A stretch of DNA of 64,000 bases from Reclinomonas americana ATCC 50394 (taxonomy: Eukaryota). Made by a program: the position numbers and the translations under genes. The stretch covers positions 1,240,001 to 1,304,000 of the forward strand of contig PS015010.1 in the NCBI GenBank assembly GCA_048213135.1, in the 5' to 3' direction. Positions 9,023-18,548 of this stretch are shown here, in pieces (position 1 is the first letter of the stretch; every line of letters starts with the position of its first letter). The notes beneath the pieces are model-generated. The model did not search any database. It saw only the letters and a list, made by a program, of their open reading frames with translations, and was not told the origin of the DNA.

Positions 9023-11242
9023 TTACACCGTAAGCAGTCCCGCTTTATAAAGTCCGTTTACCGGTTTGTTATCCCAGAATAATTCGAAATCCTCCAGGCC
9101 GGCAGATTCGTAGTCTGCTTTCACTTCCTGCAATGTATAGGTTTTTATATTTGTGGCCGACAACTTATCCAGCATAGCAGCCAGCCACAATCCCTGTTCC
9201 TTATCAGTCCTGATGGTCAGGCTTCCTCTCCTGCTTTCCAGTTGTAACACGGCTTCCTCCCACTGGTTACCTTTCTTGCTTTTGGTCACCACTTCAACAG
9301 AGGCCATCCTGCCCAGCCAGATGATGCGTGATGTGGGTTTACTGCCCAGGTATTCTTCATCGCTGATGGCATTAACGATATAGCCGGGATCGACACTGGT
9401 TCGCGGCACTTTAAAATCGAACCATTTTTGCAGCGGTACCTCAAAGCAGGCACCATGCATATAATTGAGCAGCGACTTTTTCAACCCAAAGCTGTACGCG
9501 TCGTGGTCGGCGCCGGTAGGGTCTTCGTGATCGATATCGTTATTGGCAAAACTGCCCACCAGTTCGGTCACTTTTTTTACTTTATATTTTTCAGGATTCA
9601 ATCCCACCGGGCTGTGCGCCGTCATGGCAAACTGGTGCCAGAAAGCCGATTGCAGGATGCCCGCCTGGAACAACTGCCGCACCATTTCCAGCGAATCAAT
9701 CGTTTCCTGCGCCGTTTGCGTGGGAAAACCATACATCAGGTAGGCATGTACCATAATGCCGGCTTCTGAAAAATGCTTGTTCACACGGGCAACCTGCGCC
9801 ACCGTAATCCCTTTCTGTATGAGTTCGAGCAGCCGGTCGGATGCAACTTCCAGTCCGCCGGAAACACCGATACAACCGGATGCTTTTAGTAACAGGCAGA
9901 GGTCGCGGGTAAAGCTCTTCTCGAAACGGATATTCGTCCACCAACTCACCACCAGTTTTCTTCGGATGATCTCCAGCGCCAGTGCACGCATAAGCGCAGG
10001 CGGGGCGGCTTCATCCACAAAATGAAAACCATTCTGGCCGGTCTGCGCCATCATCTCTTCCATCCTGTCGCACAACAGCGAAGCCGTAACGGGTTCGTAC
10101 AGGCGGATATAATCAAGCGAAATATCACAAAAAGTGCATTTACCCCAGTAACAGCCATGTGCCATGGTGAGCTTATTCCACCGCCCGTCGCTCCATAAAC
10201 TGTGCATGGGGTTGATGATCTCGATAGCCGAGATATAACGGTCAAGAAAAAAATCACTGTAATCAGGTGTGCCTACCTGTCCCTGTTTGTAATCGCCGCA
10301 TTGCTGGTTGTTGATATACAGCAGTTCGTTGTTGTGCACCAGGTAAGTTCTTTTCAAACTATCCATGCCTGCGGCACCTTGTATATACTGGTACAACTGT
10401 TCCATGGGTGCCTCGCCATCATCGAGGGTGATGAAGTCGGTAAATTCAAAAACGCGTTTATCCGTCAGCGACCGCAGTTCTGTATTCGGGAAACCGCCGC
10501 CCATGACTACTTTCACATTTGGATACTGTTGTTTTATCCTTTGTCCGCAACGGAAGGCCGCGTACAGGTTACCGGGAAACGGAACGGAAAGTGCCACCAG
10601 CAAAGGTTGCAGGCTTTGCATCCTTTCAGATAAAATTTGCAGTAAGATGTTATCGATATACGTGGGTTCTTGTTGCAGGGTGTTGTACAGTTCATCAAAA
10701 CTGTTGGCCGACCGCCCCAGTCTTTCCGCATAACGGCTGAAACCGAAGTGTTCGTCCACACATTCTTTTACCAGGTCCGACAAGTCCTCCAGGTACATCG
10801 TAGCCAGGTGTTTGGCTTTATCCTGTATCCCCATACTTCCGAATGCCCAGGCCAGGTCGTCGAGCTGTTCAAAACGCGACGCCTCGGGCAGAAAATTACG
10901 GGTGCTGATGAGGTGTGCCAGCGTGGGGTTCTTTCCCTGCAGGAACCTGATGACCGCGTCGATGCTGTTGATGTAATCATCTTTCAGCAACAGGATGCGT
11001 TTGACATTGGCTGACCATTCCGGGTTACGGGCATCGATACGATCAAACAGGTCGGCGAGACCCTTTGATGAAAAGAGCGCCAGTGTTACTTCTATGCCCA
11101 GGTCAGACTGGAAAGCGGGAATATTTTTAGTGTTGAGAAAACCTTTCAGGTAAGCTGTTGCCGGGTAAGGCGTATTCAACTGTGTGAAGGGAGGTGTTAT
11201 TAAATAAACGGGTGCGCTCAAACCGGGGCTTTTAGGGTACAA
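9023..11242 (-). CDS. B12-binding-domain radical SAM protein (start may be TTG at 11221)
   Basis: ITPPFTQLNTPYPATAYL N-terminus, VVMGGG, GCYWGKCTFC cluster motif, FVDE, SGGLE, YLMYGFP. Confidence 0.9.
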   Translation of the reverse strand: MYPKSPGLSAPVYLITPPFTQLNTPYPATAYLKGFLNTKNIPAFQSDLGIEVTLALFSSKGLADLFDRIDARNPEWSANVKRILLLKDDYINSIDAVIRFLQGKNPTLAHLISTRNFLPEASRFEQLDDLAWAFGSMGIQDKAKHLATMYLEDLSDLVKECVDEHFGFSRYAERLGRSANSFDELYNTLQQEPTYIDNILLQILSERMQSLQPLLVALSVPFPGNLYAAFRCGQRIKQQYPNVKVVMGGGFPNTELRSLTDKRVFEFTDFITLDDGEAPMEQLYQYIQGAAGMDSLKRTYLVHNNELLYINNQQCGDYKQGQVGTPDYSDFFLDRYISAIEIINPMHSLWSDGRWNKLTMAHGCYWGKCTFCDISLDYIRLYEPVTASLLCDRMEEMMAQTGQNGFHFVDEAAPPALMRALALEIIRRKLVVSWWTNIRFEKSFTRDLCLLLKASGCIGVSGGLEVASDRLLELIQKGITVAQVARVNKHFSEAGIMVHAYLMYGFPTQTAQETIDSLEMVRQLFQAGILQSAFWHQFAMTAHSPVGLNPEKYKVKKVTELVGSFANNDIDHEDPTGADHDAYSFGLKKSLLNYMHGACFEVPLQKWFDFKVPRTSVDPGYIVNAISDEEYLGSKPTSRIIWLGRMASVEVVTKSKKGNQWEEAVLQLESRRGSLTIRTDKEQGLWLAAMLDKLSATNIKTYTLQEVKADYESAGLEDFELFWDNKPVNGLYKAGLLTV

Positions 11243-11251
11243 AAATATCCC

Positions 11252-12415
11252 TTATTTATTTACTGCCATCAATTCATCATAAATGCCGAGATGTACCCGG
11301 CCGATGGTATCGTAATTGAACTGCTGTATGGCCCTTGCGGAAATCTGTTCCCTATTATATGTTTTGTATCCTTCTATCATCTTTTGCATGGCATTGGCCA
11401 GATCACTGATGGCGCCGCTTTCCACAAGTAAACCATTGGCGGAATTGATTACTTCTGCTATGCCCCCTACCCGGCTGCTGATCACCGGCAGGCCGCAGCA
11501 AAGGGCTTCCAGGATAACACAGGGCAGGTTCTCAAAACGGCTGAACAACAGGAACGAATGGGCATGCTGCATGCGATTGGCTACATCATGATAAGGAATG
11601 GCATCTTCAAAAATGATATGCTGTTCCAGTCCGTACTCCTTTACCAGCGGTAGTAAATGCTGCCCGGTATTGCCTGTCATCTGTATCTCAAAATCAATAC
11701 CCCTTTCCTTAAGCAGGGCCGCCGCTGCGAGTATGCCTTCGGGGTTTTTCTGGTAATTGAGGTACGATACGTGCAGGAAACGAAAACGCAGGGCAGCTTT
11801 ATTCTGATAATTAAATACAGCTGTATCCACCACATTGGGAATCGCTGTAAAAGGGATGCCGGCAAAATAACGGGCAACAGTATCACCCAATGCCCGGGAA
11901 ACGGGAAGGAAACGGAAGGCGCCGGTCAGCACCTTTTTGGTGATCTTTTTCAGCAACCAGTTGCTCTCATAAATATTCGGGTCGCCCTGCGGGTAATACC
12001 CTGTCCAGTGCTCTGTAACAATATAAGGTAATTGTTCTTTTCGCTTCAGTGATAAGGCCAGCAGGCCGGCTTTCATGGCTACATGCACATGTATAATTTC
12101 AGGTTGACCTTTTTCATTGCAAATCCGCCGATATAGCTGTTCCTGCAATTGTTTGTACCTGCGGAAAGAGAACAGTTTTTCAAGTAACCCTCCTCTTCCC
12201 GACCCACTGTAATAAACACGGTAAACCGTGAATCCGTGTTCCTCCGTTCTTTGTATATCTGCAGCGCCGGGTGGCAGTGACGGGTCTTTTTCCACGCACA
12301 AAACCGTAAGGTTAACGAAAGGCGCCGTGGCCATGGCATGCCGTTCCACGAAATCACCATTGGTCGGTGAAACCCGGGAGGGGTACCAGCTGCACAGCCA
12401 CAGGACATTAAGCAT
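11252..12415 (-). CDS. Glycosyltransferase family 4
   Basis: WYPS, TEHW, IPNVVD, FENLPCVILEALCCGLPVISSRVGGIAE (EX7E motif). Confidence 0.92.
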   Translation of the reverse strand: MLNVLWLCSWYPSRVSPTNGDFVERHAMATAPFVNLTVLCVEKDPSLPPGAADIQRTEEHGFTVYRVYYSGSGRGGLLEKLFSFRRYKQLQEQLYRRICNEKGQPEIIHVHVAMKAGLLALSLKRKEQLPYIVTEHWTGYYPQGDPNIYESNWLLKKITKKVLTGAFRFLPVSRALGDTVARYFAGIPFTAIPNVVDTAVFNYQNKAALRFRFLHVSYLNYQKNPEGILAAAALLKERGIDFEIQMTGNTGQHLLPLVKEYGLEQHIIFEDAIPYHDVANRMQHAHSFLLFSRFENLPCVILEALCCGLPVISSRVGGIAEVINSANGLLVESGAISDLANAMQKMIEGYKTYNREQISARAIQQFNYDTIGRVHLGIYDELMAVNK

Positions 12416-13199
12416 GTTCCGCCGGTTTTAGGATGGTGAAAACAGCCATGATACAGTCGCCATAAAAAGGATAACGCCTGAGCATGGCATTGACGGCAAC
12501 ACCCGGCTGGTAATACATACCAAAATGAAAGGCCTCCGTTTTAAACTGGCGGTCATCAAAAAGACGGCGCAGTGTATAAGGCGAAAAATGCCAGTAGTGA
12601 TCAGGGTGAACAGACTCTGTATGGTGCAGTCCAGCGGCTATATTGTCCAGCGCCAGGTAATTGGGCACCGTCACCAGCACCTGTGTACCGGCAGGAAAAC
12701 TTTGATGCAGTACCGATACCGCAGTATGAGGATCACACAGGTGTTCAAGCACTTCAGTCAGCAGTATAAGATCCGGTTGGGCGGCTGTGGCCATTTGCGG
12801 GTAGGCGGCACCAATATCACCGGTGCATACATTTCCGTCTCCGGTGAGTTCTTTATACAATTGTACCGATGCTTCGTCATTATCCAGGCCGGTGAGTTGT
12901 GCGGCTTTCTGTTTCAGTTGCAGGTGCAGCAATGTTCCGTCGTTAACGCGTTCGCGGGTGAAGGGATGGTCGGTGAAACCAACGTGCAGCACTTTTTTAC
13001 CGGTAACCAGGTCGAGAATGAAGTTGGAGCGGTTGAGTACGGTAGTGCCCGGCAACCCCACCTGCTGCAGCCAGGCGGCACCATCTCCTTTGAGGCGGTA
13101 ATGCAGGGAACGGCTGAGCATCTTCATGGCGGCCCATGTTTTACCCCAGTTGAGTTTGCCTGCCAGCGGCTTTTTATTTTTTCCGGAACGGAATGACAT
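12408..13199 (-). CDS. Class I SAM-dependent methyltransferase
   Basis: KKVLHVG motif I, GLD, EVLEHL, VTVPN; overlaps both neighbours. Confidence 0.8.
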   Translation of the reverse strand: MSFRSGKNKKPLAGKLNWGKTWAAMKMLSRSLHYRLKGDGAAWLQQVGLPGTTVLNRSNFILDLVTGKKVLHVGFTDHPFTRERVNDGTLLHLQLKQKAAQLTGLDNDEASVQLYKELTGDGNVCTGDIGAAYPQMATAAQPDLILLTEVLEHLCDPHTAVSVLHQSFPAGTQVLVTVPNYLALDNIAAGLHHTESVHPDHYWHFSPYTLRRLFDDRQFKTEAFHFGMYYQPGVAVNAMLRRYPFYGDCIMAVFTILKPAEHA

Positions 13200-14451
13200 G
13201 TTTTAAATAGTCGATGTCGGTTTTCCTGGTGATGAAAAAATCAGCGATTGTCGTCTGCCACCAGTTACGGTACATCAGCAGCAAATATACCATACAAACC
13301 AGGTATGCCACACTGCTGACGGCTGCCGCCGCGTTGATGCCATACCATGGAATGAAAATACGGTCACCTGTAACAACCACCACCAGGGCAATACCCGAAG
13401 CGATGGTGTTGGTCCATATATGTCCCTGCCCTGCCCCGTAAGCAGCGAGCAGCCCCACAACACTCAGGAAAAAGAAGCCTGGCAGGTAATACAGCATAGC
13501 GGTATACATCAGGTCAAAATCGCTGCCGAAAAGCCAGGGAAACAGGAAATGCCCCGTAAGTATGATAACCAAAGCCACAGGAAGGAACAATAAGGTCACC
13601 ATCCTGCAAAGCGCCTGCAACTTGTGCAATGCCAGCGAGGTTTCCGCATTGGCGCTGTACGGAAACACAACAGCAGACATCAGCGTCGGTACCAGCACCA
13701 GCAGCTGCCCCAGTTTGGATACCTGTATATAGTTACCCAACTGCCCCGGAGTACAGTATTTTTCCACGAAATAATAATCGATCCTGGTCACTAAAAAGAA
13801 AAGCAGGTTACCTGCGAAAGCGACGAGCGAATAGCGAAAGACTTTAGGTATGATCCCTTTGTTATAGTCTATATACCCCGCATCAGTGGCAGGCGGCCTG
13901 GAAAACAGCAGGATGCCTAATACCAGGCACTGGCAAAAAGGTGTGAGGACATACACCCAGGGTACCAGGTAAAGATAATTTTCAGCAGGTTTCAGGTAAG
14001 CCCATACCATGATAAGAAGGGCCAGCAGGTTGATGCTGAACATGACAACATTCAGCGCAGCAAACCGTTTCTCTGCCTGGTAAACGGCGGACAGGTAACT
14101 GAGCACGATATTGGAAATGATGTATGCACACAGGATCGGGATAAGATAATCCGGGCCAAACAGGTAAAGCGCTCCTGCCGCCGCCATAGTTTGCAACAGC
14201 ATTACAGGAGACAATAACCGTAACAATTTTTTACCGCTTATTTCCTGGCGCGATGTATAGTAGCCAATCCCCGATTCGAGACTAAGCCCCAGCACGAGTG
14301 TTGCCAACGACAGCAGCGTAATGATATAAAAGAAATCCCCGCTGGCGGAAGCGCCCAACAGCCTCACCATTAACAGGTTTATAAAAAACTGCACCGCGGT
14401 ATTCAGCACCCTCCATACAACCGTATGTTTTAATGCGCTGGAAAAGTTCAT
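13174..14451 (-). CDS. Oligosaccharide flippase (Wzx/MOP superfamily)
   Basis: Many TM helices, RLLGASASG, RIDYYFV, IPWYGINAAA; ATG at 14451 preferred over the longer track start. Confidence 0.8.
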   Translation of the reverse strand: MNFSSALKHTVVWRVLNTAVQFFINLLMVRLLGASASGDFFYIITLLSLATLVLGLSLESGIGYYTSRQEISGKKLLRLLSPVMLLQTMAAAGALYLFGPDYLIPILCAYIISNIVLSYLSAVYQAEKRFAALNVVMFSINLLALLIMVWAYLKPAENYLYLVPWVYVLTPFCQCLVLGILLFSRPPATDAGYIDYNKGIIPKVFRYSLVAFAGNLLFFLVTRIDYYFVEKYCTPGQLGNYIQVSKLGQLLVLVPTLMSAVVFPYSANAETSLALHKLQALCRMVTLLFLPVALVIILTGHFLFPWLFGSDFDLMYTAMLYYLPGFFFLSVVGLLAAYGAGQGHIWTNTIASGIALVVVVTGDRIFIPWYGINAAAAVSSVAYLVCMVYLLLMYRNWWQTTIADFFITRKTDIDYLKHVIPFRKK

Positions 14452-14510
14452 GCCCGGTACAATTGTTTTATTGATTAATTTAGAATAGCAGTCAAATATA
14501 AAACCTTGCA

Positions 14511-15497
14511 ATGGCTTTACTCAGAAAAATAAATACCCGTGCGAAAACGGAGAACAACACCGGTTTTGGGGTGAACAGCTCCGATTATGGCGGGCGTTTT
14601 GTGAATAAGGATGGTATTCCCAATATTGAAAAACGGGGCCTCGGTGTATGGCAGCACAACAGCTGGTACCATACCCTGCTGTCCATGCCCAGGTGGAAGT
14701 TCCTGCTGTTGCTGTTCTCTTTTTATATTGTTACCAATTTTGTATTCGCGGTATTGTATTATATCATCGGTGTGGAACACCTCGACGGTATCAAACGCGG
14801 TTCGGCCTGGCTGGAATTTGAGGAAACTTTTTTCTTTAGTGCGCAAACCCTCACCACGGTGGGATATGGCCGGATAAGCCCGGCCGACTATATCTCCGGC
14901 ACTATTGCCGCCATAGAAGCGCTGACCGGGTTGCTGAGTTTTGCCATTGCCACCGGCCTTTTCTATGGCCGGTTCAGCAAACCGAAAGCGTATCTTAAAT
15001 TTTCGAAACACGCCGTCATCGCTCCTTATAAAGATATCACCGCTTTGATGCTGCGCACAGCCCCGTTCAAGAATACCAACCTCACCGATGCGGAAGCCAA
15101 ACTTACCCTGGCTATCATGAACACGGAAGACGACGGTCGCATCACCAACAAATTCTACCCGCTGGAACTGGAATTTGAGAAGATCAACTCCCTCACCCTG
15201 TCGTGGACCATCGTTCATCCTATTACTGAGAACAGCCCGTTGTATAATTTCACCAAAGAAGACTTTGACAATACCAATGGTGAAATACTGGTATTCCTGA
15301 AAGCCTTTGATGACATGTTCAGCAATACGGTACTTACCCGCAGTTCGTATACCTTCCGCGAAGTGGTGGTGGGCGCTAAATTTGTGCCGATGTATCACCG
15401 CAGCAATAATGGCAGTACCACCATACTCAACCTCGATAAACTGGATACGTTTACCGAAGCCGAGTTACATGTTGCAGCGAAAGTGGTGAATGCTTAA
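14511..15497 (+). CDS. Inward-rectifier potassium channel (KirBac-type)
   Basis: FFFSAQTLTTVGYG filter, two TMs, RFSKPKA, WTIVHPITENSPL cytoplasmic domain. Confidence 0.92.
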   Translation: MALLRKINTRAKTENNTGFGVNSSDYGGRFVNKDGIPNIEKRGLGVWQHNSWYHTLLSMPRWKFLLLLFSFYIVTNFVFAVLYYIIGVEHLDGIKRGSAWLEFEETFFFSAQTLTTVGYGRISPADYISGTIAAIEALTGLLSFAIATGLFYGRFSKPKAYLKFSKHAVIAPYKDITALMLRTAPFKNTNLTDAEAKLTLAIMNTEDDGRITNKFYPLELEFEKINSLTLSWTIVHPITENSPLYNFTKEDFDNTNGEILVFLKAFDDMFSNTVLTRSSYTFREVVVGAKFVPMYHRSNNGSTTILNLDKLDTFTEAELHVAAKVVNA

Positions 15498-15501
15498 AAT
15501 C

Positions 15502-16266
15502 TTATTTCAGGCTGTTGATGATGATAGTGAAATCCGCTGATACCAGGCTGGCGCCGCCTACCAGTCCGCCGTCCACGTCTGCCTGCCCAAAAATATCCCC
15601 TGCATTGGAAGCTTTTACACTGCCGCCATACAGGATCGATATGCTTTGCGCTACAGCATCGCCATAAGCCGCCGCTATAACGGAACGGATATGCGCATGC
15701 ATTTCCTGGGCCTGTTCGTTACTGGCTGTTTTGCCCGTACCAATGGCCCAGATGGGTTCGTAGGCGATCACAAAACCGGTGAGCTGTTCAGCGCTTAAAT
15801 GGAAAAGACTTTCTTTTAATTGTGTTTCCACGAACACGTTCTGTGTACCGGCTTCACGTATGGAAAGGGATTCCCCGCAGCAGAAGATGGGTTTCAGCCC
15901 GTATTCCAGGCAGATATTCACTTTGGCGGCCAGCATATCATTGCTCTCATTAAAATATTCCCGGCGTTCGCTGTGCCCCAGTATCACGTAGTCGATACCA
16001 ATACTTTTCAGCATTTCGGCGCTGGTTTCACCGGTATAGGCACCGCTTTTTTTATCGTAACAGTTCTGCGCAGCTATATACATATTTGCCTTACCGGCCA
16101 GTTGCTGTTTTACGCCAAGCAGGTAAGGAAACGGTACACCCAACACGGCGATATGGCTGTCATCTACGCGGGGACCGGCAGCCAGCAGTTCGCTGACGAG
16201 GGTTTCGGCCTGTTGAAAGGTGAGGTTCATTTTCCAGTTGGCGGCGGCAATTTGTTTACGGTTCAT
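15502..16266 (-). CDS. tpiA: Triosephosphate isomerase
   Basis: AANWKMN, GHSERR, AYEPIWAIGTG, LYGGSV, GGASL. Confidence 0.98.
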   Translation of the reverse strand: MNRKQIAAANWKMNLTFQQAETLVSELLAAGPRVDDSHIAVLGVPFPYLLGVKQQLAGKANMYIAAQNCYDKKSGAYTGETSAEMLKSIGIDYVILGHSERREYFNESNDMLAAKVNICLEYGLKPIFCCGESLSIREAGTQNVFVETQLKESLFHLSAEQLTGFVIAYEPIWAIGTGKTASNEQAQEMHAHIRSVIAAAYGDAVAQSISILYGGSVKASNAGDIFGQADVDGGLVGGASLVSADFTIIINSLK

Positions 16267-16308
16267 GCAGTTGATTATAAATGATGAGTTATAAATTATG
16301 AAGATGGA

Positions 16309-17265
16309 TCAGGAATGTTCGTAGAGTTGTGTGAGTATTTTTTGTTCTTCAGCTGTAACCGTATGGTTCCTCAGTTTTTTCCAGTTGCCGATATCCTGTA
16401 AAGCCCGTGGCAATTCATAGCGTGTACCTTCGTCTGTTCCCCATGAAAAGTCAGGGATGTATTTAGGCGTAAGTCCTTTCCCGAACACATTGCAGCAAAC
16501 CCCTGCCACGGTGCCGGTGTTGAACGAGGTGTTGATGGCTGCCCGGCTGTAGTCGCCCATCAGCAAACCAAATTTATTGCCTGCGTCTATAGTAACGGAA
16601 GCCAGTTGTATTTTGATGTTGCCCCCGGTGTTTTTGATATTGCTGTTGCTGGTGCCAGCGCCCAGGTTACACCATTCGCCAATGATGCTGTCGCCCAGGT
16701 AACCATCGTGCGCCTTATTGCTGTAAGCCGATAAAATACTGTTCCTGATCTCGCCCCCGGCTGTGCAATACGGTCCTATGCTGGAGCCGGGGTACAGCCT
16801 GGTGCCCATTTTTACTACGGCCCCTTCACCAATGGCCACAGGGCCTCTCAGCAGGCAGCCTTCCATAACCAGGGCATTCTTACCGATGTATACAGGTCCC
16901 TGGTCGGCATTGATGATGCAATGCTCTGCAACGGCGCCCTCCTCAATAAAGATATTGCCGGGATTGCTTACCCGGTTGGTGGATGACAAAGCCGTTGTTT
17001 GACGGCTGCGGGTAATGAGGGTGAAGTCCTGTACAATGTTCCACTCGTTCCATTTTACCAGTTCGGTAATATTATCGAGTTGCCTGCCCTGCTCCTTCCC
17101 GGTGAAGCACGGCAACTGCAGCGGGTTGACATCTCCTTCACTGCCCAGCAGTTCGTGCTTTTCGCGGATGGTGAGTATGCCCGCACGCAGGCCGGGTAAC
17201 TGCCTGGTGGAAGTAAAGGGATAAAACCTTTTGACCTGTTCCTCACTTAGTGCCGTGAAATTCAT
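16309..17265 (-). CDS. GlmU-like putative sugar nucleotidyl/acyl-transferase with left-handed beta-helix
   Basis: PFTSTR...GILTIREK N-terminus, hexapeptide repeats, NKAHDGYLGDS, WCNLGAGT. Confidence 0.8.
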   Translation of the reverse strand: MNFTALSEEQVKRFYPFTSTRQLPGLRAGILTIREKHELLGSEGDVNPLQLPCFTGKEQGRQLDNITELVKWNEWNIVQDFTLITRSRQTTALSSTNRVSNPGNIFIEEGAVAEHCIINADQGPVYIGKNALVMEGCLLRGPVAIGEGAVVKMGTRLYPGSSIGPYCTAGGEIRNSILSAYSNKAHDGYLGDSIIGEWCNLGAGTSNSNIKNTGGNIKIQLASVTIDAGNKFGLLMGDYSRAAINTSFNTGTVAGVCCNVFGKGLTPKYIPDFSWGTDEGTRYELPRALQDIGNWKKLRNHTVTAEEQKILTQLYEHS

Positions 17266-17391
17266 GTGTCTAAGTTAAGCGATAAAGTGATGATGAGATA
17301 AGGGCATAAAAAAATCCCCCCGGAAAACCAGAGGGACTTAAAGTATAGCCATGAAAAACAAACTTTAAATAAAGTTAATGATCTCAGCGGA

Positions 17392-17646
17392 TTATTTAGC
17401 CTTTTTTTCGTAACGTTTTTTGAACTTGTCAATACGGCCCGCAGTATCCACCAGTACATTCTTACCGGTATAGAAAGGGTGAGACGTATTGGAGATCTCC
17501 AGTTTGATCACCGGGTACTCGTTACCATCGTCAAATACTACTGTTTCTTTTGAAGGAGCAGTAGAGCGGCTTAAAAACTGAGTGCCGTTACTCATATCCT
17601 TGAACACTACCAAACGGTAAGATTCCGGGTGAATTCCTTTTTTCAT
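17392..17646 (-). CDS. rpmE: 50S ribosomal protein L31, type B (no Zn-binding Cys)
   Basis: [23 protein letters not shown]; 84 aa without CxC/CxxC. Confidence 0.96.
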   Translation of the reverse strand: MKKGIHPESYRLVVFKDMSNGTQFLSRSTAPSKETVVFDDGNEYPVIKLEISNTSHPFYTGKNVLVDTAGRIDKFKKRYEKKAK

Positions 17647-17696
17647 TTTGTTTTGTTTTGCGTACGGATTTTGCCGTACAAGTTTTTGGAAAGTGG

Positions 17697-17704
17697 CAAA
17701 GTTA
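17697..17704 (-). promoter_or_regulatory. Bacteroidota -7 promoter element for rpmE
   Basis: Reverse complement reads TAACTTTG, matching TAnnTTTG. Confidence 0.6.
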
Positions 17705-17847
17705 AGGTAAAATTATCAATGCTTCGACACTTATCGAATTTTTTGCCCCTTTTTACCCCATTTTTTAGACAAAATCTCTTGTTTTTGTCCTGTTTTACCC
17801 CATTTCCATTGCTAATATCCTACTAAACAACGAAAAAACAAAATGGT

Positions 17848-18339
17848 TCAGCTTTTCATGTTAATATACTGGAGGGCAATGCCCAGGTTCCATCCTTTGG
17901 AAGCCTGTATCACATCCTGCAGGTCATCTATCTTTTTACCGGTTACCCTGATGATATCGTCCATGATGGCGGCCTGCACTTTCAGCCCGCTGTCCTTGAT
18001 CAGTTTCACGATCTTTTTAGCATCCTCCTGTTTAATACCATTACGTACCACGATCTCTTTTTTGGTCACTTTGCCACTGGGGTAAGCTTCCTTGCTGAGG
18101 TCGTATATCTCCGCCGCCAATCCCTGCTTCATACTCCGGCTGATCATGACGTCCACGATCTGGTCGATCTTCATATCACTGTCGGCCTCCAGGTTTACTT
18201 TATACTCTTTCTTGTTCAGCTCTATCAGTACATGCGATCCTTTGAAATCAAACCGGTTGGTGATCTCTTTGTTGACGGTGTTGATGGCATTGTCAAGGGT
18301 CTGAAGGTCGACCTTGCTGACCATATCGAATGAGGGCAT
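17848..18339 (-). CDS. yajQ: YajQ family nucleotide-binding protein
   Basis: MPSFDMVS, RFDFKGS, IRVTGKKIDDLQ; TACATTTG box at 18355-18362 supports the ATG at 18339. Confidence 0.93.
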   Translation of the reverse strand: MPSFDMVSKVDLQTLDNAINTVNKEITNRFDFKGSHVLIELNKKEYKVNLEADSDMKIDQIVDVMISRSMKQGLAAEIYDLSKEAYPSGKVTKKEIVVRNGIKQEDAKKIVKLIKDSGLKVQAAIMDDIIRVTGKKIDDLQDVIQASKGWNLGIALQYINMKS

Positions 18340-18361
18340 AAGCGGTATTTTTTTCAAATGT

Positions 18362-18393
18362 AAAAAAACCTATCGCAAAAGCGACAGGTTTTT
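18362..18393. terminator. Intrinsic terminator-like hairpin downstream of the OM beta-barrel gene
   Basis: aaaaaaacctatcgc-aaaa-gcgacaggttttt. Confidence 0.6.
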
Positions 18394-18548
18394 ACAAAAA
18401 GAACTGCCTAAATAATTACGAATTGTGGTGATTAGGTGATGTCTTTCTCATTTATTGTAATCTGATGGATTGAGAAAATTGATTTATTATCATATCATCA
18501 GGCCGTTTCTGATTTTCAAATCATCACATCTTCAAATTTTCAAATTGT

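Noticed and set aside
14452..14510. Functional link between the flippase and the Kir channel through a 59-bp divergent spacer
   Set aside because: Compact divergent promoters are common, and there is no other evidence.
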